Source of the DNA: Fistulifera solaris
Lineage: Eukaryota
Assembly (NCBI GenBank): GCA_030295235.1
Contig: AP026155.1
Coordinates: 62,001 to 126,000, forward strand
DNA length: 64,000 bases
Direction of reading: 5' to 3'
A model generated the notes under the pieces. That model was not told the DNA's origin. It worked only from the letters and a program-made list of their open reading frames with translations, and did no database searches. The position numbers and the translations under genes were made by a program. Below, one piece after another: positions 12,001 to 23,375 of this stretch (its first letter is position 1; every line of letters begins with the position of its first letter).

Positions 12001-13040
12001 TCAGAAGAGTATTGCTGAGCAGCATTCCGTCACCGTTGCATGGGATTTGTTGATGCAACCTCATTTCCGAAATCTACGATCGTACATCTATACGACCGAA
12101 GAAGAATGTGTCCGCTTTAGACGGCTATTGGTCAACATGGTCATGGCAACCGACATTTTCGATCCTGACTTGAAAGCTTTACGAGCTTCTCGTTGGGAGA
12201 TGGCGTTTGGCGAGGAAGCAGGAACCAACAGCGCTCTGAATATCGCTCGCAAGGCAACCATTGTCATTGAGCACGTGATTCAAGCTTCGGACGTTTCTCA
12301 TACCATGCAGCATTGGTACATTTACAAGGTAAGCAACAAAAGCACACCTTTCAATCTCCGTGCCGCCCAACTGTTACTGACACTCGTTTAAATCAAAACA
12401 GAAATGGAACGAACGGCTTTTCGAAGAGATGTACACGGCCTTCGCCGAAGGAAGGACGAAAAAGGATCCATCGGAAGGCTGGTACGGTGGCGAAATTTGG
12501 TTCTTTGACAATTACGTGATTCCGTTAGCCACAAAGCTCAAGAAGTGCGGTGTTTTTGGCTTTTCGAGTGACGAGTACCTAAACTACGCCATCCAGAATC
12601 GTATGGAATGGGAAGCCAAGGGACAAGAAGTAGTGGAGGCAATGAGAGAAAGAGTGATCTCAAAACTTGCTTTGAAACACGAGATAGAAAAGAATGAAGA
12701 CATTCCGATGGAAATCACCATGTCGTCGGAGCCCGAGACCAAGCCGGCACTTGAGTCTGTTCTAGAGTCTATTGAGGAAACAGTCGATGCTCCCTTATGC
12801 ACAGTAATCGCCCCCGCTGGAAAGCTTGGTGTCATTATCGATACGACTCCGGGCCAAACGACAATGGTGCACCGCGTTCTTGAGAATTCACCTATGATGG
12901 GAATGATCAAACCGGGCGACCAAATCGTTTCCATTGATAGTATTCCTACCAGTAACATGTCGACCGAAGCGATTGCCGCGTTGATAAAGTCAACAGCTGC
13001 TCATCCACGCCGCTTTGTCATCCATAGGGACACGGATTAA
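9065..13040 (+). CDS. Receptor-type nucleotide cyclase-phosphodiesterase fusion with extracellular sensor region and C-terminal PDZ domain
   Basis: TM - extracellular CHASE/Cache-like region - TM; class III cyclase (FADIAG|FT, KVETVGDCY, RFQLFGDTMNTAARMES); PDE (FHNFEH, IHDVGH, MATD, QASDVSH); PDZ (GKLGVII...GDQIVSID). Introns 10699-10769 and 12329-12401; one frameshift at the G run near 9325. Confidence 0.9.
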
Positions 13041-13186
13041 CAATTTTTGCGATCCGCGCTTGTGGGGATCCTACACAATCTTGATATTTTCGTTTTGTGT
13101 TGGTATTTCAGTTTAAGTCAATTGACAATTTTAAAGAAGAATAAGAATCTTTGTTTATGAATACATGTTGTTTTCTCGTCTCGCTC

Positions 13187-14734
13187 TTATAACCTTTCGA
13201 GTTCTTGAAACGACGACTCTAAAATTTCATGCGCCGCACGTTTCAACGACGGACTCGCGATTGCCTCCTTGTGCTCGGAATCTCCCTGAAAATCACCCTT
13301 CTTCTCTTGTCGTCCCTTGGAGTATTGCCCTGACGTAATTTGCATTCGCTGAAGCGCCGGAGCACTCACCGGAAGGTGCCAATGATTCGGCAACAAGTCA
13401 TCCCACAGAGCATCCGGCAACCGTTGATAATTGACCGCTCGTCCCGTGTGTGGATGACTGTGCAGTCCTTTCAAGGCACTTTCGGTAATACTCGCCAAAT
13501 GTGCAGCACAGTAATCAATCGGATCGACTTGCATCGCATCGCGGGTATTCAAATCGCGCTCCAAAATATCCACAACTTGCGACGGAGGATTCATTCGTTG
13601 ACGTCGTACACAATTGGCATTTTTGATACCGGCCTTCCCGAGAGATCCTTGCAAGTGGCTGACCATGACTTCGACGGGTGAACGGTAGACAAAGAACCAA
13701 GGTGTGTCGGGGAAGGCTTCGAGAAAGACATCCAAGTGAAGCGTACCGGCCGATTGAATTTTGAAAAAGACGTGCGTTTCTTGGGCATTGTCAGTCCGTT
13801 GCATGAGATAGATAGTGTCTCGTAGTAACGGCACAGCCAGTTTATTTTCCTTGCAGTCATCGTGGCCTCCACAACCCAATGTCATGGCGGTAATAGGAGG
13901 ACCGGATTCGGAATAGACACGATGCGTTTCACTCATGGAAGCCAATAAATTGGCCACCAACGTCGATCCGCATCGACTCTCATGAAAGACAACTCCACCC
14001 AATGAGAGTACATGCGTCGGTGCGGTCGCATCATACGATCGTACGCGATCCATCAAGAGCCGAAAGGGCACTTGGACGCGTGTTTCTTCGCACTGCGGAC
14101 TGTTGGAGATCAAATCACGAAACATGGGATAGGTAGAAGGATCTTGTTTGTGCAAATTCCAATCGAGTTTACAAAAAATCCCGTACACTCCCGCGTAGTT
14201 CACTTCTGCTGAGTTTCCGCTCATTTGCTGAGCTATTTCATGCTCCGCCGGAATGAATCGCAGTTCAATTAAGTGAGTGCGCGCATTCAGAATATCTTGC
14301 CAGGCCGGATCGGTCGTTGGATCACTCTCATCCAGCACACGATGCGTTCCATCGCCTCTTTCTGTATTATGCTCTCGAAATCTTTGAGGCTTGTCACGAA
14401 ACATGCCGTGACTGTGTCTAGTTTCGGGACGATGATGATGATGATAATAATAATTCCTGTGCGGATCAAGTCCTTCACCGTCGTCGACTGGTTCTTCCTG
14501 CAACAAATGTATTTCGTGTTGCAAGAGCATCAAAGGATGGAGAGGATATTTGTTTTGCAATAGCCAGAACATCCATACAATTACAGCACTAGCGGCCCCC
14601 ATAAAACTGACTCTTCGTTGCCAACGGAGTGTCGCCGCCCGCCCGCGATTGCCTTTAATGACGAGCGGTCGATGATGATTCATTGACGAAGAAACTAAAT
14701 CGCCTCGGAAGATTCCTGCGACTGTGGCTGTCAT
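13187..14734 (-). CDS. Type II membrane sulfotransferase-like protein (paralogue B)
   Basis: VVFHESRCGSTLVANLL, FFVYRSPVEVMVSH and YCAAHLAS are shared with 6216-7532; N-terminal TM helix. Start codon uncertain. Confidence 0.7.
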   Translation of the reverse strand: MTATVAGIFRGDLVSSSMNHHRPLVIKGNRGRAATLRWQRRVSFMGAASAVIVWMFWLLQNKYPLHPLMLLQHEIHLLQEEPVDDGEGLDPHRNYYYHHHHRPETRHSHGMFRDKPQRFREHNTERGDGTHRVLDESDPTTDPAWQDILNARTHLIELRFIPAEHEIAQQMSGNSAEVNYAGVYGIFCKLDWNLHKQDPSTYPMFRDLISNSPQCEETRVQVPFRLLMDRVRSYDATAPTHVLSLGGVVFHESRCGSTLVANLLASMSETHRVYSESGPPITAMTLGCGGHDDCKENKLAVPLLRDTIYLMQRTDNAQETHVFFKIQSAGTLHLDVFLEAFPDTPWFFVYRSPVEVMVSHLQGSLGKAGIKNANCVRRQRMNPPSQVVDILERDLNTRDAMQVDPIDYCAAHLASITESALKGLHSHPHTGRAVNYQRLPDALWDDLLPNHWHLPVSAPALQRMQITSGQYSKGRQEKKGDFQGDSEHKEAIASPSLKRAAHEILESSFQELERL

Positions 14735-15020
14735 TCTTGTCTTTTGTGTTTGTGTGTATGCAACAATTATGAAAGGAACAGTAAAGAAGTTGAAACTCAA
14801 ATCAAAAGACTTTTGTAAGCACTGCGTCTATACCCGCACACTTGCAAGACAACTTGATTATTTTGTTGCACACAGTTGTTATGGGCTTCGAACAAGTTGT
14901 ACCTCTCTCCAGAGTACCGTGTTGTGTGTTGTGTCGGTTGTGTCTCTAACACGATTTATCCCCAAGTGATTTTTGCCGTTGAAGAATTTCTATAGCAAAA
15001 GAGTGAAGTCTGGATGTAGT

Positions 15021-15044
15021 CACGACTGGAAGACCAGTCATGAA
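15021..15044 (+). repeat. Partial copy of dispersed intergenic repeat (CACGACTG...CAGTCATGAA)
   Basis: CACGACTGGAAGACCAGTCATGAA; inverted relative to the copy at 15369-15413. Confidence 0.55.
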
Positions 15045-15368
15045 CAATCACTCGTGCAATGAGGGTGTTATTGGTTAGTTCTATCCTCGTGCCAATATTT
15101 CAACATTTGGTGTTATATGAATACATTGCTATTGTGTGTTGCAGCCCTTTCGAAATCGTAAGTCTCAAATTTAGACCTATCCAGGGACAAAATTCATTCA
15201 TTCACAAAGCATCACCATACCAGGTCACACGATGGTCGTATGAGCGAGATAATCAGAGTCTTTCACTATTTCCTACTACTCTATTGCAAGTGTCGTCAAC
15301 AGAAATGCGATTGTGATTACAATTTATTGAGTTAACAAGCGTGCAGAACGAATGAAGGTTACGTAGAC

Positions 15369-15413
15369 GTCTTGCACGGAATCGTTTTGATTCATGACTG
15401 AACTTCAGTCGTG
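15369..15413 (-). repeat. Copy of dispersed ~45-bp intergenic repeat
   Basis: Reverse complement CACGACTGAAGTTCAGTCATGAATCAAAACGATTCCGTGCAAGAC closely matches 42881-42925. Confidence 0.7.
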
Positions 15414-15787
15414 GTCTCGTAAACCATCACTTTGGTCTATAGTACATACGAAAAACAATGTTTTACAGAATGTTTCGGCATCATGAATCGGAAGAGTATC
15501 TCAATACTACTGCTGGCGGTTTAAATAAAATTAAGATTCGAAAGCTATCAGAAAGGGTTAAAAACATCATTGTGATTCGTGAAAATCTTGTCTTCCTCCG
15601 TCGGTTCATCGCTATTTTCCCGTTATCGCGTTTTCTCGCATTGGTAATTATTGACTTTAAACCATGAATACAGAGAAAATCGTAATTGGTTATTGTTAGT
15701 ATAAAGGGGAACTGTTCTTTGTCATCTCATTCGCCCTGCATGTGGCGCCTTTTGTGCATGACGCCTAAAGAAAGGGACTGTTCGTTA

Positions 15788-17369
15788 TTATTCCTCCTTT
15801 TCTTCTTCTGAGGCATTCACACCGTACGTTTCCAAGAAAGTTAAGGAATTTGCCATTGCTATTGGAGACACACCCGGCACGGCTTCCATCCGCTCTGGAT
15901 TGCGAGGTGCTTGAGAAATCAGAATTGGGACCCGACAAAACACAGACTTCTTAGTGTTGACGAAATCCCGACTTTTACCCACACGAATTTCCAACGTGTA
16001 GCTCCACCGGAGGCATGGGTAAGCATTTTCTGTAAAAGGTTGCGGAACACCACCATTGAAGCTCGGGAATACCGAAGGAATTCGAACCTGTTCGATGCCG
16101 TCAAGGTCTTGGATCGAAACAGTGCTTTGGGCCGGTATCGTTGACTGAAACAGATCAAAGTAGCAAGGAAGAGTGAAATGCCTAAAGTTCGTTCCCCCCA
16201 TACTTTTCATGCAAAAGACGAGTTGCGTCAAGACGACAAAGAAAGGCAAAGGTTTGTCCGAGTCATTCACAACTTCACCAGTCATATGAACTGCTTCATC
16301 GGGGGCATACACAAGTCGCTCTAGATGCAGTTTCGAGGAGATCAAACCTGATGATTTGCAACAATACCAACCGCAGTAGCAGTAGTTATAGATGGGCTGA
16401 TCTAATGTTTCAATTTGAGCTGGCATCCAGAGAGAAACTTGGGGTCGGGGGGAGCCTGGGGGTCACGTTTATGATGATTTCTGCAATGGGGTCTCTCCAG
16501 TGCGTTGTGTAGATTCGAGTTTGCAAAGTGTATCGAACTTGGCATTTGTGGGGAGACAATAATGGGAACTCCGCCGACCCCGGTGCATCGGCACGAAGTG
16601 CAAAAGCAAAGGGTGTGGTCACCGCTTCGTCAGGCAAATGGATCATTTTGCCTGGCGTTACAGCCTTCGCTATGCGGTAAGCTTTCACACAGACATCATT
16701 ATGAGTCAACCAAGCCTTTGACAACCCTGTTGCCTCGTGCACTTGCAAAACCAAACACAACGGTTTCAACAATAGTGAACTGATTGGTATATCTTGGCTT
16801 TTTATAGGATACCTAGCTCGCTCTTGCATAGGATACACCTCATTGTAAGGGAGAATCCTGGCCGATAAGGTTATAGATGCATATCCGTTCTTGTTTCTAC
16901 CGTTCTTCGTCAACTCGAAAGTCTCTTTGGTTCCTAAACTTACAAGATTGGGAACGTCCAAAAGCATTTCTCCCAAAATCATGTCTTGAGTTCCGCGATC
17001 GCGTCCGTTTACCCGGACAACCAATGGGAAATGGTGTTCTTCCGACAAATCGCATGGAATACGAAGGATGCCCGAGTTGGGGACTTTATCGAAATACGCA
17101 TCTCTACCGGCGTCTTCTAAGAAGGCTGTACGAGAGAACGGAGCATACAGTGTTTCACATTGCACTTGAAGTATAGTCTTTGCTTTAAATTCCTGACGAT
17201 CATCGCCCGAGTCTTCGTACCATTTCACTCGTGAGCTGGCCTCAAAGGTCACGAAGGCACCCTTGCATTTCAGTCCAGACGCTTTAACTGTGACTGTGCC
17301 TCGCACGACTTCTCCTGCGAAATAAGCACCATTGGGTCTTTCCAGGTCAAAGCGGATGAGCGGACGCAT
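15788..17369 (-). CDS. Arrestin-fold protein with degenerate inserted C2 domain (shorter paralogue of 18249-20360)
   Basis: YFAGEVVRGTV (arrestin N), PFAFALRADAPGS, LERLVYAPDE and IPSVFPSF align with the neighbouring gene; one frameshift in C runs near 16445. Confidence 0.75.
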
Positions 17370-18248
17370 GTTGCCGTGGTGCCCGCAAAATTGTGAGCCT
17401 CGGAAAAGATTTCCTCAATGTTTTTGCTCTGAGCTGAGTCGTTATTCGTTAGGTCATTGGCAATCGGAACTCGGAAGCCGGATGACGAATGAGCGCTTCT
17501 GATTTTGACAGTTCGATCTTTGACAACACTAAGGGATTTTTGTACGATGTACCGCTGCGTCGGAGCAAAAAGACAAAAAGTCTTTGGGCCCATAACATTT
17601 CTCAATTCGCGAGATGCAAGTGCAACAAGCAACAATTCTTAATTCTTAACTGGAAATGCAAGTGCAACATATTTCGATCGCCGTATCTTTTGGGTGCTTG
17701 AAAAGTCAAGAGGCAATAATAAGAAATAAGAAACGAGACGGTTGTGTCTTGTGTCCCGAACCCGAACGCACTAATGCCGGAACTTCTCGAAGTCCTTCTA
17801 ATTGGGTACTAGTAACTAGTAGTGATTCCATCTAATTTCCCTTAAAGCTTAAAAAGCCGTTTTCGCTGCAGCCTCAAATCTCAAATACATTGTCAGCTCG
17901 AAAAAATCGCAAGCGTTTTTCACGAGTCACGAATGACAGACTGTATATAATGAACTTCATAAAAACCAGAAGCTATTGAAAATGAAAATGAATAATCTAG
18001 TTTAACATCCTATCGTTGTTCTGGGTACTCCGCCATATAGGTCGGAACGTCAAGAGGTCTTGAGGTCATACCAAGTCGGAACCGGGTAAAGTCGCCATAG
18101 CTTGATTACGCATAGACCTTCTTAACTATCAAAGTATAAGCACATAGGGAAATTAAAAATCCAAGCAAGACATGCCGAGCTGCCATTAGAATCCTAAATT
18201 GCAGGTGGTAGAACAACAGGCATTTACAAGAATCTCGATAACACCTCC

Positions 18249-20360
18249 TCAGCGCTCAAAGAGAAAGTCAATTTGCTCCAGAACGACTTCTTTGTTTTCC
18301 GGGTCTTTCACGTGCGGAACCATAAGCTTCGCAACGTCCGCTTTTTGGAAAGAACATGACTTCATCGTGGCCACAACATGGGCACAAGTGAGCTTCCCAG
18401 TGCCTTGAAACGCTACAACTAGTTCGCCTACGACAGCATCTTTGTCCAAAGAAAAGTTAACTTCATCCAGAATTCGGGTCAAGTCATTTGGGGAAAGGTT
18501 TTGTGCCTGCGCGGGGTATTTGCGAACCCACTGCCCTACAGTGCGCTGCTTATCAAACGAATCATCCATTTCCTTCAGCAACTCGTCCATGATTGCGTCG
18601 TGGGTAGATCCCGCTGCATCCGTGAACGCTGCTGGTACATACGGCGAAGCTGCTGAAAATGTATGAACCATTGGTTCATAATTCAGTAAGCTTCCGTCAA
18701 CATTGTCTGTATCTTCATTGGCATTGTAGGCATTGACTGTTCCGGTGTGCTCCGCTGCGATTGTGACACCCCCATCCTCGGGACCCGTAACCGTCGGTGC
18801 TGTATCGATTTCTCGTAAATCCGTCACAGCATACGTTTCGAGAAAGTGGAAAGGATCCGTTGCTTCGACCGGTGGCATGCCGGAAGCAGCCTCGATCTGA
18901 TGAGAGTACGGAGCCGCCGAACAAATTAAAACTGGAACTCTAGCATGAACTTCAGTCATTCCGCAGCAGCTGTTAATGCTTCCTCCTATGGACACTTGAA
19001 ACGTATAGCTCCATTTGACACATGGATAAGCAGCGGCCGTATACGGACTTGGCATACCACCGTAAAAGCTTGGAAATACCGTGGGAATACGAATTTGATC
19101 GATACCAGGAAGGTCTTTCAAGCATATGGAGCTCTGAGCCGGTACAGTGGATTGGAAGAGTGTGAAGAAGCGATCCCCTCTCGTTTGTGTTCCTCTTGAC
19201 GTTCTCATAAGGACACATACCGTCAAGACAATAGAGAACGGCAACGTCTTATTTGAATCGTTCGTGACTTCACCCCCAAGACGAACGCTTTCTCCCGGCG
19301 CATACGCGAGACGCTCTAGATGCAATTTGGTGGAAATTAAACCCGATAACTTGCAACACCTCAATCCGCAGTAAGAACAATCGTAAATTGGTTGATCCAG
19401 TGCTTCGATTCGAGCCGGAGCCAAGAGTGCCAACTGAGGCAACGGACGATTGGGAATGACTTGCAATATTCGTTTGACGCTTGGATCTCGCCAATTGGCC
19501 GTATCAATGTAGGCGCGCAAACAGTATCGGATATGACATTGGTCTCCCACTCCCGGAAATTCCGCAGAGCCCGGCGCATCAGCGAGAATTTGAAAGGCAA
19601 AAGGCATTATCAACTCCTCGTTTGGTATTTCGATCGTTTTGTCGGGCTTGGGAAGAGCCTTGGTGATGTCGGCATTGCCATCTGGTGGCCGGTAGACCTG
19701 TACATAGACGTCGTTCTTTCCGAAGTAATCTCCTCTTCGCAATCCCACGGCTTGATGAATTCTCAAGACCAAGCACAGAGGTTTCTTGACAACCACACTG
19801 ACATTCACACCCGACCGACTGCGTGTCGGAAAGACCGCCTCGTACGGAAGAAATTTAGCGGATAGCGTAATGAATGAATCCACGTTTCTTCCATTCCTCA
19901 TCATTTGAAATGTTTCCTTTACGCCAGAATTCACCAATTGCGGCACATCGAGCAATATTTCACCTAATAAATCATCTCGTTTACCCCAATCATAATCGTT
20001 TACACGAACGATGAGAATCCAATTCTTTTCTTCCGACAAATCACACGGGATGTATAGGACACCCGAATCGGCGACTCGATCGAAGCAAGCATTCTCTCCG
20101 GCTTCGTCTAACAAACCAGTACGGAAATAGTTTCCATATAGCGTATGCCGTTGCTCTTGAAAGGTTGTATTTCCGTCGTAATCCGATCGGTTATCTCCCG
20201 AGCCCGTGTGCCAGTGCACATGTGCAAAACCTTTGAAGCTCAAAAAGGCGCCTCGGCATCTTTGTCGAGGTGCTTGGATGGTTACCGTCCCTCGTACGAC
20301 TTCTCCGGCGTAATAGACTCCATCAGGTCGCTCTAATTCGATGCGAATGAGCGGGCTCAT
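18249..20360 (-). CDS. Arrestin-fold protein with inserted C2 domain and C-terminal DUF4476-like helical domain
   Basis: Arrestin N/C motifs (YYAGEVVRGTV, PFAFQI...PGS, IRYCLRAYID, YAPGESVRL); C2 motifs (VRVNDYDWGKRDDLLG; LRIHQAVGLRRGDYFGKNDVYVQV); tail ...LMVPHVKDPENKEVVLEQIDF. Confidence 0.8.
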   Translation of the reverse strand: MSPLIRIELERPDGVYYAGEVVRGTVTIQAPRQRCRGAFLSFKGFAHVHWHTGSGDNRSDYDGNTTFQEQRHTLYGNYFRTGLLDEAGENACFDRVADSGVLYIPCDLSEEKNWILIVRVNDYDWGKRDDLLGEILLDVPQLVNSGVKETFQMMRNGRNVDSFITLSAKFLPYEAVFPTRSRSGVNVSVVVKKPLCLVLRIHQAVGLRRGDYFGKNDVYVQVYRPPDGNADITKALPKPDKTIEIPNEELIMPFAFQILADAPGSAEFPGVGDQCHIRYCLRAYIDTANWRDPSVKRILQVIPNRPLPQLALLAPARIEALDQPIYDCSYCGLRCCKLSGLISTKLHLERLAYAPGESVRLGGEVTNDSNKTLPFSIVLTVCVLMRTSRGTQTRGDRFFTLFQSTVPAQSSICLKDLPGIDQIRIPTVFPSFYGGMPSPYTAAAYPCVKWSYTFQVSIGGSINSCCGMTEVHARVPVLICSAAPYSHQIEAASGMPPVEATDPFHFLETYAVTDLREIDTAPTVTGPEDGGVTIAAEHTGTVNAYNANEDTDNVDGSLLNYEPMVHTFSAASPYVPAAFTDAAGSTHDAIMDELLKEMDDSFDKQRTVGQWVRKYPAQAQNLSPNDLTRILDEVNFSLDKDAVVGELVVAFQGTGKLTCAHVVATMKSCSFQKADVAKLMVPHVKDPENKEVVLEQIDFLFER

Positions 20361-20737
20361 GGACGTAAAAAGTAAGTTCTTCGAAAAAAAATGACTTTCA
20401 GAGAGCGTTTCCATGCAGCCAGCATATGAGAGCCAGCATGTCGTTACTTATTGTTGTTCTTCCGAATGAATATTCACTCGGAAGAAGAAAACGTGTCAAC
20501 ATTCAAACGATGCTTCGTACCGGTATTGATTTTTCGAACGCCAAACGGCTCTCCGTCGTGTCGTATGCTAAGGGTTTGGGTCGGGAAAGCGTGTCTATCT
20601 AAAATCATGAGGGAGAAAATCAATAATCTCAACACCACTTCATGGAGCATGACAATATTCTCGAGACCTGATACTCGGTAACGTGTGAAGTACTCCGGAG
20701 GAGTATATTAGACTTCGTTGCTCGCCCTATATTGTCG

Positions 20738-21713
20738 TCAACCTTCACAATCCAAGCTAGTCTCGGCACGTTGCGATAGATGTACGGGGCAAGATACACG
20801 AGGATTGGTCGTACGATCTGTTGCAGTTTCCGCAATCACTTCAATGGAATACTTTAAATGAAAAAGAGAACCCGCGTAGGCTTCGCACAGAATGCTTTCG
20901 GGCACTTGAAAGGATGCTGTTGTAGGTTCCCCGGCCGTTTTACTCTTGGCCTTCCACGCAGATAAGTCCCGAGTATTCACTTGCGTACTCGCCAATATTC
21001 GCTGAATCTTCACGTTACGAAAGGATGGATGCATCAAAGTCACCGATTCTATCAATCGCACTACGAAATCTTTGATATCGACGTCACTTTGATTCTGTCC
21101 CACAATCGATACACTCACCCAATCGCCGGCAGTCCATACATTCGAAGTACACTGCCATCCCAAGTATATCTGTCCACGGGAAAAGACTAGGTTCGTGGAA
21201 ATGGGAAAACTTTGCGGCATCATGACAACGAGTTGACCTTGCCTATTTGCAGGTTTCTGTTCTGCCGCTTGTACCGTCAATAGTTTTGTTGATTTCCACT
21301 TGACGGCAGATCGTGATGTGATGACATATGCCGAGAGTGTGTAGACAATTCCGACTGTCGCGTCGGGCTCGGCCACCTGCCAACTGTCAGGAAGGTCTGC
21401 TGGTAACGACACTTCAAAAGTCGTACGAATGGACACCCGAATACACCAGCGGTGTATGAAACTCCTGTATGACTAGGGGATATTTGAGAAAGGTCTCTTC
21501 TCGAACCTTTCCGTCGTAAGAAACTCGCTCTCGACCGTGCAACTCGAGTTGAATACGATACAGATCCGCCGCGTCATCTTTGTCCGTCAACGTCCATTCG
21601 ACAGTTCCTTGTATCATTTTTTGTCCTGTCGTAACCGCATCATCGGCTAAGTGGATGGATAATGGGGACTGATTGCTGGAATTGCAGTGAATCGTCATGT
21701 TGGTTCGATACAT
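20738..21713 (-). CDS. Compact arrestin-like protein (no C2 insert)
   Basis: IQGTVEW...LELHGRERV...GVHSYDF|EVSLPADLPDS...IVYTLSA...LKYSIEV...NPRVSCPV; one extra T in a homopolymer near 21417 splits the ORF. Confidence 0.7.
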
Positions 21714-22120
21714 TATTGGTATGGATGAGTCGAATGATGACTGATGATTCGCTCATCCAGCCAGATTAATGGTGGTGTTGTTGTCAAGAAAATCTCGACA
21801 TGATGCGTCAAAATGAGACGGAACAGTGGTGCGACTTTATCTTGTTTTGTTTTGAAGTTAAGGGCCTTGACAGCAAAACATCCAGCGTTCAAGTTTATTT
21901 ATCTCGCAACGGTAGCAATAATTGTGGCTAGCAAAATAAATTGATAACGTGCTACTTTTGGGAATGCGTTTTTGTACCCATTCTGAACCTAATACAAATC
22001 GGCTCTACGCCTAAGTGTTCTCCCTACGACGCGATCTATTGGCTATAATTAAAGAAAGTCAGCTATCCCTTCGCACAGACTCTTTACCTAGACTTTCATC
22101 ATTCAATTCTTTCTTTACGG

Positions 22121-23375
22121 TCACTCATACTTGAAAGTCGGTTCTTTGCCAGAAATGTTCTGCGCGGCCACAATATTGCACAGTTCCGCCATGCGCTTCG
22201 AATAACCCGCTTCGTTGTCGTACCATGCGTAGATTTTAACCAAGGTACCATCAATGACTTGCGTAGACAAAGCGTCAATAATGGCGCTACGTGTATCGTT
22301 CGTGTAATCCGTCGAAACCAGAGGCAAGGTCTCGTAACCAAGAATTCCTTTCAAAGGACCACTTTCACTGGCTTTCTTCAACGCTTCGTTGACTTCTTCT
22401 TTCGTCACACTCTTTTGACAACAAAGACACAATCGGTGAGACTAGCATTGAGGAGTGGCACTCGTACCGCGAGGCCATTCAATTTTCCTTTCAAATGAGG
22501 ATAAATTTCCACAATGGCCGTAGCACTTCCGGTACTCGTGGGGCACAAATTGACCATGCCACTCCGGGCACGACGCAAATCACTCTTTTTGGTGTTGGGC
22601 ATATCGACAATGGTTTGCGTGCCGGTGACATCCTGTAATTGTTGTAAGGAAAAACCAGATAGCGATAGAGAGATACAAAACGCAGTGAGTGGCCCGTATC
22701 ACACTGCAAAGGATGGATGCGACGTCTTTGAACTTACATGAATGGTAGTGATACAGCCTTTTTGAACGCAAACAAGTAGGAGAAATCCGTTAGAATCAAC
22801 ACGGTTCAACATGGTCGAACAGCAAGTTTTTCATCGATAGGATACGCACCATGAACAATACCAAAGTTCTCTTCAATCACCTTGACGACAGGAGCCAAAC
22901 AGTTGGTAGTGCACGATGCATTGGTGACCAACTTGGTTTCTTTGGATAGTTTATCATGATTGCAACCCAAAACAACATTCAAAGCCCCATCTTCTTTGAC
23001 CGGTGCACTGACGACGACTTGCTGAATGCCGCATTCATCGAAATAGGGCTGCAAACTTTGTACTGTTAGAAATTTGCCAGTACATTCCATCACCAACTCG
23101 ATACCCATACTTTTGAAATCGACCTTGGTGAAGTCTTTTTCTTGACTAAAGGTGACTGTTTTACCATCCACGGTAAAACTCTTGCCATCGTCGGCATGCG
23201 CGACTTGTTTGTTCCATGTTCCATGTACACTATCGTACTTGGCCAAATAAGCAGCCGACTCGCAACTGCAAAGATCATTGACATGAACGATTTCAAGTTC
23301 GGGATCTTCCCAAGCGTAGCGGAAACAGAGACGACCGATTCGTCCGAATCCGTTAACGGCACACTTGACGGGCAT
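22121..23375 (-). CDS. GAPDH: Glyceraldehyde-3-phosphate dehydrogenase, Gap3/ArsJ-associated type
   Basis: [64 protein letters not shown]. Introns 22758-22849 and 22633-22737; one missing base in a homopolymer near 22414. Confidence 0.95.

Noticed and set aside
18210..18251. Stop at 18249 as the true end of the arrestin-C2 gene
   Set aside because: Another frame continues EEVLSRFL-stop and would complete the helix, so a terminal indel is possible; it cannot be resolved, so the ORF-track end was kept.
22121..23375. GAPDH as bacterial contamination or pseudogene
   Set aside because: It has two canonical spliceosomal introns and intact catalytic motifs; the only break is a homopolymer indel.
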